Sequence record: SRR33789315_82
Length of the DNA: 64,000 nucleotides
Strand: one strand, 5' to 3'
Within the stretch, counting starts at the first letter, position 1. Every line of letters starts with the position of its first letter. The notes under the pieces were generated by a model. The model had not been told where the DNA came from. It saw only the letters and a program-made list of their open reading frames with translations, and did not search any database. This document shows positions 58,580 to 64,000 of this stretch, one piece after another. A program made the translations under genes and the position numbers.

Positions 58580-60757
58580 TTACCATTGCGGCTTAATACC
58601 TGGCGCATATGGAAATTTTAATGCTTTATAATATTCTAAATCATGTGCTGGTTTGGGTACGCCTTCTGGAATGGGCATGTTTGAAAACTCTTGAAAATAA
58701 GCCAAACTCGCATCACGCCACCATTTTGCTTCTTTCAACTGAATTTTCAACAACATACTTACTTCATTAAAGCGCTCGCTATCAACATAGTCTTTCATAG
58801 TTTTCCAAGTAGCATTCATATCCTTAACCTCATCTACGCCTTCTTGGTATTTAAATGCCAAATCATTCCATAAGGTTTGGCCGTTTTTCATTTTATAATT
58901 CCATGATACATGATGAAACCATAAAAGTAAGTTTTCTGGTGTGGTTTGAGGATCATTAAATGTTTTGGCTACTTCATCTGCGTATTGTGCGGTTGCATTA
59001 CTGCCGCTTGCTGAACGGTTAAACCCAATACCTAAACTATCTGCTTTATGATAATATGCAGGATTCCATTCTGGTCTGGGCAAGTCATCTACCCAAGGTC
59101 CCGGACCGTAATGATGTCCTGTAGCCATTAAATGATGAAGACCTAATGGAGTCATATAATTAACCACTGCTTCACGGGAATCAATAAGCAATTGCTTCAT
59201 TGGAGTCACAAAAGCCGCATCATTACTAAAGGTAAGTCGCAACCATTCTTCTGCGATATTTGCTGCGGTCAGATCAGGATTCCAAGCTAATCGTCCAAAG
59301 CCGTACCAATTTGCCTGTGCAAAAGGATGACCCGTCCAGTTGATATCTGTTCCTATATTTGCTACACCAGCCATGCCGGTGAGTTTTTGCCCATCTAGCG
59401 AACCATCAATAACCTTAGCAACTGTAGATCCTTTTCCCTTACTATAGGTATCAGCCTGCAATACCTCTTCAAATAATTTAGGTAGAAATACCAAATGTGT
59501 GCTAAAACCTAAATATTCCTGCGTGATCTGAAATTCCATCATCAAGGGTGTTTTTGGCATAGCACCAAACATAGGATGAAACGGCTCTCGTGGTTGAAAA
59601 TCTATAGCTCCATTTTTAACCTGAATAAGTACATTATCCTTAAATTTTCCGTCATAGGGAACAAATTCAGGATAAGCTTGTTTGGCGCGATCTGTAGGAT
59701 CGTGTTCAGAATAAACAAAAGCACGCCACATCACTATACCATTATGAGGCTCTAGAGCTTCTGCCAGCATATTGGCTCCCTCAATATGATTACGCCCATA
59801 ATTTTGTGGACCCGGTTGTCCTTCGGAATTTGCTTTCACGAGAAATCCTCCAAAATCGGGTATTTCACTATAAATAAAATCAACTTTCTCTTGCCACCAT
59901 TTTTCAACCTCCTCATCTAAAGGATCTGCCGTTTGTAATCCTCCTATTTCTATGGGTGCCGAAAAACGAGCCGTGAGATACACTTTTATTCCATAAGGTC
60001 GAAAAACAGCAGCTAATGCCTTCACTTTTGCAACATAATCTGGCGTGAGGAGCAATGCATTTGCGTTTACATTGGTAAGAACGGTGCCATTTATTCCTAT
60101 TGAAGCATTTGCGCGTGCATAATCTATATATCGTTGATCGATAAAATCGGGCAATTTATGCCAGTTCCAAATAGAAAAACCTGCAAAACCGCGCTCTACC
60201 GTTCTATCTAAATTATCCCAATGATTCAAAACACGAATATCCACTTTAGGAGCTTCAACTAGATCTAAGTTATTTAAATCATGATGCATTTGAAGTTCCC
60301 GAAAAAGATGAAAAACGCCATATAGCGCTCCAATTTCTGTATTGGCTAAAACAAATAGGCGCTGTTTTCCTTTATATTTTATAGTTTTTAAAGCATATCC
60401 TTCATTCCCCAGGCGCGACCAATCTATTTTTAGTTTTTTATTGAGTTTAGAATCAATAGCAGATTTTAAAATAATTTGAGTACGTGCTTTGTCATTATCA
60501 GTGCTAAAATTTACTTTTTTTCCTAGCATAGACGGCAAAGCCTTGTTCATTTCCGCCTTCAAAACCTCAAATGTTTCACCACCTTGTGGCACATAAATGC
60601 TTTCAAAAAAATCTCGATATGTATCGGCCAAATCCTGATTTTCAATTTTCGCGTAGCGTAACCATAAATCATAACCATTTTCAGCATTCACATTAATTAC
60701 TGATAGACAAATGATTATAAAAATAAAGGAAGTAAAAGTCTTGGAAATCCTCAACAT
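58580..60757 (-). CDS. GH67 alpha-glucuronidase
   Basis: GYDLWLRY, NHWDNLD, VKANSEGQPGP, DFQPREP, QITQEYLG. Confidence 0.95.
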   Translation of the reverse strand: MLRISKTFTSFIFIIICLSVINVNAENGYDLWLRYAKIENQDLADTYRDFFESIYVPQGGETFEVLKAEMNKALPSMLGKKVNFSTDNDKARTQIILKSAIDSKLNKKLKIDWSRLGNEGYALKTIKYKGKQRLFVLANTEIGALYGVFHLFRELQMHHDLNNLDLVEAPKVDIRVLNHWDNLDRTVERGFAGFSIWNWHKLPDFIDQRYIDYARANASIGINGTVLTNVNANALLLTPDYVAKVKALAAVFRPYGIKVYLTARFSAPIEIGGLQTADPLDEEVEKWWQEKVDFIYSEIPDFGGFLVKANSEGQPGPQNYGRNHIEGANMLAEALEPHNGIVMWRAFVYSEHDPTDRAKQAYPEFVPYDGKFKDNVLIQVKNGAIDFQPREPFHPMFGAMPKTPLMMEFQITQEYLGFSTHLVFLPKLFEEVLQADTYSKGKGSTVAKVIDGSLDGQKLTGMAGVANIGTDINWTGHPFAQANWYGFGRLAWNPDLTAANIAEEWLRLTFSNDAAFVTPMKQLLIDSREAVVNYMTPLGLHHLMATGHHYGPGPWVDDLPRPEWNPAYYHKADSLGIGFNRSASGSNATAQYADEVAKTFNDPQTTPENLLLWFHHVSWNYKMKNGQTLWNDLAFKYQEGVDEVKDMNATWKTMKDYVDSERFNEVSMLLKIQLKEAKWWRDASLAYFQEFSNMPIPEGVPKPAHDLEYYKALKFPYAPGIKPQW

Positions 60758-60778
60758 TAGGAATATTTTATTTAATTT

Positions 60779-60792
60779 CGAAATCGATTGCG
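60779..60792. promoter_or_regulatory. LacI-type operator copy 5 (one mismatch)
   Basis: CGAAATCGATTGCG just upstream of GH67. Confidence 0.65.
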
Positions 60793-60867
60793 ATTTATAT
60801 AATAGCTATTTAAGTAAATGTGTAATAATATACACGCATCAAATATAGTAAAGTAGTATAAAATATC

Positions 60868-60885
60868 TATGCAATCGATTGCATA
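60868..60885. promoter_or_regulatory. LacI-type operator copy 6, perfect 18-bp palindrome
   Basis: TATGCAATCGATTGCATA between divergent GH67 and GH3. Confidence 0.82.
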
Positions 60886-60949
60886 ATTTAAAAATAATTT
60901 GAACTTTTATAAAATTGAATTTCATCTTTTCCATCTTAAATCTATTATT

Positions 60950-63169
60950 ATGTATCCCATTAAATTAGGTGTGTATATACTTGTCCTTTTATTTTCTGAA
61001 TCTATTTTTAGTCAAGTTACCTCTACCACTACAGAAGTTCCCGATTTTCCATTTTACGACACAACAATATCCATGGAAGATCGCATTAGCGATCTTATCT
61101 CAAGACTTACCCTTGAAGAGAAAGCGCTTCAAATGACACATAACACACCTGCTGTTGAACGCCTAGGAATACCACCGTATAGCTATTGGAACGAAGCGCT
61201 TCACGGTGTAGGTCGCTCTGGAAAAGCAACTGTATTTCCACAAGCTATTGGTCTAGGAGCTACTTTTGATGCAGATCTTGCCTTTAGAGTTTCATCTGCT
61301 ATTTCTGACGAAGCAAGAGCTATGCACAATGCAGCTAAAGCAAAAGGTTACCATATGCAATATGGCGGATTGACCTTCTGGACACCTAACATCAATATCT
61401 TTAGAGATCCACGTTGGGGACGCGGACAAGAAACTTATGGTGAAGATCCTTATCTCACAGCTCAACTAGGAACTTCTTTTGTAAAAGGGCTACAAGGAAA
61501 TAATCCCAACTATTTAAAAACAGCTGCTTGTGCTAAGCATTTTGCCGTACACAGTGGTCCCGAAAAATTACGCCACGAGTTTAATGCAGAAGCCAGCCCT
61601 AAAGATCTTTGGGAAACCTATCTACCCGCTTTTGAAGCGTTGGTAAATGCAGATGTTGAAGCCGTCATGTGTGCTTATAACAGCACCAATGGAGCTCCTT
61701 GTTGCGCCAATGAATACTTAATTACTGAGGTATTGCGTAAACGGTGGAAATTTGACGGACACGTGTTAAGTGATTGTTGGGCGATAGTAGATTTTTACGA
61801 ACAAGAAAAAGGTCACGGTATTGTTCCTACAGTGGAAGAAGCTGCTGCTCTTGCTGTAAAAAGTGGAGTTAGTCTTAACTGCGGAAGTTCTTATCCGGCA
61901 CTACCTGGTGCGGTTGCTCAAGGTCTTGTAACCGAAGCCGAAATAGATGAACAATTAGCTATCTTACTACGTACCCGTTTTAAGCTTGGTCTTTTTGACC
62001 CTATGGGAAGCAACCCATATGACAGCATATCTATAGATGTTGTTAATAGCAAAGAACATCGTGCATTAGCCCGTGAAGTGGCTCAAAAAAGTATGGTATT
62101 GCTTAAGAATAATGGAGTATTACCTTTAAAAAATGACCTGTCAAAATATTTTGTAACGGGTCCAAATGCAGCAAACACAGAAGTCTTATTGGGTAATTAT
62201 TATGGGGTAAGTCCCAATATGGTTACTATTCTAGAAGGTCTTGCTGAAGCAGTAGATCCTGCTAGTCAATTGCAATATCGTATGGGAGCATTGTTAGACA
62301 GACAACCTGTAAACCCGATGGATTGGGCAACCGGAAATGCTGCAAATAGCGATGTTACCATTGCCGTTCTGGGGATTTCAAGCTTACTGGAAGGCGAAGA
62401 AGGAGAATCACTTTCTTCTCCTAGTTTTGGTGATCGTTTAGATTATAACTTACCACAAAATCAAATTGATTTCCTTAAAAAATTACGTGCTGCCGCAGAA
62501 GACAAACCTATTGTGGTAGTTGTTACCGGCGGAAGCCCAATGAATCTTGCTGAAGTACACGAACTCGCAGATGCTGTTTTATTAGCTTGGTATCCTGGTG
62601 AAGAAGGCGGAAATGCCGTTGCTGATATTATATTTGGAAAAATTAATCCATCAGGGAAATTACCCATTACCTTCCCAAAATCATTAGATCAATTACCCGC
62701 TTATGAGGATTATAGTATGGAAGGTCGTACCTATAAATATATGAATCAAGAACCACTATATCCTTTTGGTTTTGGATTAAGTTATGCGCAATTTGAATAT
62801 GGACAACCTGTACTATCCAAGAAAAAAATGTCTTCCAAAGAAGAAATAATGGTATCTGTAACAATTACTAATAAAAGTGAACGTCAAGGAGATGAGGTGG
62901 TTCAGCTCTATTTAAAAGATGTAAAAGCTTCAGTAGTAGTTCCCAATTATGAGCTTTTTGGTATAAAAAGAGTACCTTTAGAAGGTGGAAAAACAACCAC
63001 AGTAACTTTTACCATTACACCAGATATGCTTGCATTAATAGATGATAATGGAAATAAAAAATTAGAAAAAGGAGAGTTTAAACTTTATATAGGAGGTACA
63101 AGTCCGCTACAACGTAATGTTGATTTAGGCGCATCTCCGCTAGCTGAAGCGACATTCACCTTAAAATAA
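60950..63169 (+). CDS. GH3 beta-xylosidase
   Basis: WNEALHG, RDPRWGRGQETYGEDP, KHFAVH, SDCWA; FN3-like C-terminus; ATG 60950. Confidence 0.92.
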   Translation: MYPIKLGVYILVLLFSESIFSQVTSTTTEVPDFPFYDTTISMEDRISDLISRLTLEEKALQMTHNTPAVERLGIPPYSYWNEALHGVGRSGKATVFPQAIGLGATFDADLAFRVSSAISDEARAMHNAAKAKGYHMQYGGLTFWTPNINIFRDPRWGRGQETYGEDPYLTAQLGTSFVKGLQGNNPNYLKTAACAKHFAVHSGPEKLRHEFNAEASPKDLWETYLPAFEALVNADVEAVMCAYNSTNGAPCCANEYLITEVLRKRWKFDGHVLSDCWAIVDFYEQEKGHGIVPTVEEAAALAVKSGVSLNCGSSYPALPGAVAQGLVTEAEIDEQLAILLRTRFKLGLFDPMGSNPYDSISIDVVNSKEHRALAREVAQKSMVLLKNNGVLPLKNDLSKYFVTGPNAANTEVLLGNYYGVSPNMVTILEGLAEAVDPASQLQYRMGALLDRQPVNPMDWATGNAANSDVTIAVLGISSLLEGEEGESLSSPSFGDRLDYNLPQNQIDFLKKLRAAAEDKPIVVVVTGGSPMNLAEVHELADAVLLAWYPGEEGGNAVADIIFGKINPSGKLPITFPKSLDQLPAYEDYSMEGRTYKYMNQEPLYPFGFGLSYAQFEYGQPVLSKKKMSSKEEIMVSVTITNKSERQGDEVVQLYLKDVKASVVVPNYELFGIKRVPLEGGKTTTVTFTITPDMLALIDDNGNKKLEKGEFKLYIGGTSPLQRNVDLGASPLAEATFTLK

Positions 63170-63175
63170 AGCAAA

Positions 63176-64000
63176 GTGAGTAAAACAGCCCCACTAATAA
63201 CAGATAATTTCCTTTTAGAAAACGAGTTCGCACAAGAACTCTATCATAGCTACGCAAAAAATTTACCTATTATAGATTACCACTGTCATTTGCCACCTGA
63301 TGAAATCGCTGCTAATAGATCTTTTGAAAATATCACCAAAATCTGGATTGATGGCGATCATTATAAGTGGCGTTCCATTAGACATTTAGGCATTCCTGAA
63401 GATTATATTACCGGAAAAAAATCTGATTGGCAAAAGTTTGAAAAATGGGCATATACGGTTCCATACACCATGCGTAATCCGCTTTTTCATTGGACGCATT
63501 TAGAATTAAAGCGATATTTTGGTATCGATACCATTTTGTCACCAGAAACGGCACCAGCTATCTATAAAACGTGTAATACGCTCTTGTCAACACCAGAATT
63601 TACTGCCCAAAGCCTGATACAAAAAATGAATGTAGAAATGGTGGGCACAACAGATGATCCGCTAGATGATCTAAGTCATCATAAGGCTATTGCAAATTCA
63701 GATTTTGAGACGCAAGTATTCCCGACATTTCGACCCGATTCTTTAATCTTTATTGAAAAAGTAGATTTCAAGGATTATATCGACACGCTAAGCTCAATTT
63801 GTGCTATTCCGGTTACCGATCTTGAATCTTTAAAAGCGGCAATTAAAAACCGTGTGCACTATTTTCATCAACACGGTTGTCGTATTTCAGATCACGGTTT
63901 ACCGCATATGTATGCCGCAGAATTTTCAGAAAGTCAGGTCAATAAAATACTTACTAAAAGACTCCAAGAAAATGCGCTGACAGCAGATGAAATTTACATC
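63176..64000 (+). CDS. uxaC: Glucuronate isomerase, truncated by the window end
   Basis: Manual translation from GTG 63176: MSKTAPLITDNFLLE..PIIDYHCHL..GDHYKWR..NPLFHWTHLEL..TTDDP; absent from the ORF track because it has no stop in the window. Confidence 0.93.
   Translation, partial: MSKTAPLITDNFLLENEFAQELYHSYAKNLPIIDYHCHLPPDEIAANRSFENITKIWIDGDHYKWRSIRHLGIPEDYITGKKSDWQKFEKWAYTVPYTMRNPLFHWTHLELKRYFGIDTILSPETAPAIYKTCNTLLSTPEFTAQSLIQKMNVEMVGTTDDPLDDLSHHKAIANSDFETQVFPTFRPDSLIFIEKVDFKDYIDTLSSICAIPVTDLESLKAAIKNRVHYFHQHGCRISDHGLPHMYAAEFSESQVNKILTKRLQENALTADEIYI

Noticed and set aside
512-62864. Numerous 60-95 aa ORFs antisense to or nested in long genes
   Set aside because: Shadow ORFs overlapping well-supported genes, with no recognisable motifs
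1-64000. CRISPR array, rRNA, IS transposase
   Set aside because: No regularly spaced repeat-spacer units, rRNA-like segment or transposase ORF seen

Overview
AT-rich Bacteroidota (Flavobacteriaceae-like) chromosomal segment with three blocks. (1) 0.5-20.0 kb: a minus-strand L-fucose(/L-galactose) polysaccharide utilisation locus (AraC, SusC/SusD, an uncharacterised beta-propeller hydrolase, GH95, GH29, FucP and an oxidative catabolic pathway). It is bracketed by a decayed integrase fragment and a tRNA 3'-end fragment, so it is probably an old tRNA-anchored island. (2) 20418-26907: a compact 6.5-kb integrated element bounded by a perfect 23-bp direct repeat (tRNA T-arm/acceptor 3' end). It encodes a tyrosine integrase, a second catalytic-domain-only tyrosine recombinase, a DUF6266-like protein, a small coat/holin-like membrane protein, a GC-rich hairpin cluster, an HUH rolling-circle Rep, an M15 peptidoglycan peptidase and a divergent CI/Cro-like switch. 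It has no recognisable capsid, Zot/pI ATPase or relaxase. This is the most novel object in the window: a candidate temperate ssDNA virus-like element or satellite. (3) 27-64 kb: TonB, a secreted GH5 mannanase-like enzyme and housekeeping genes, then a large glucuronoxylan PUL (GH43 x2, esterase, GH35, SusC/D, CBM4-repeat lipoprotein, VCBS protein, GH10 x2, GH115, GH67, GH3, uxuA, uxaC) whose promoter regions share a LacI-type palindrome GCAATCGATTGC (six copies). All family calls come from motif recognition by eye, not database searches.
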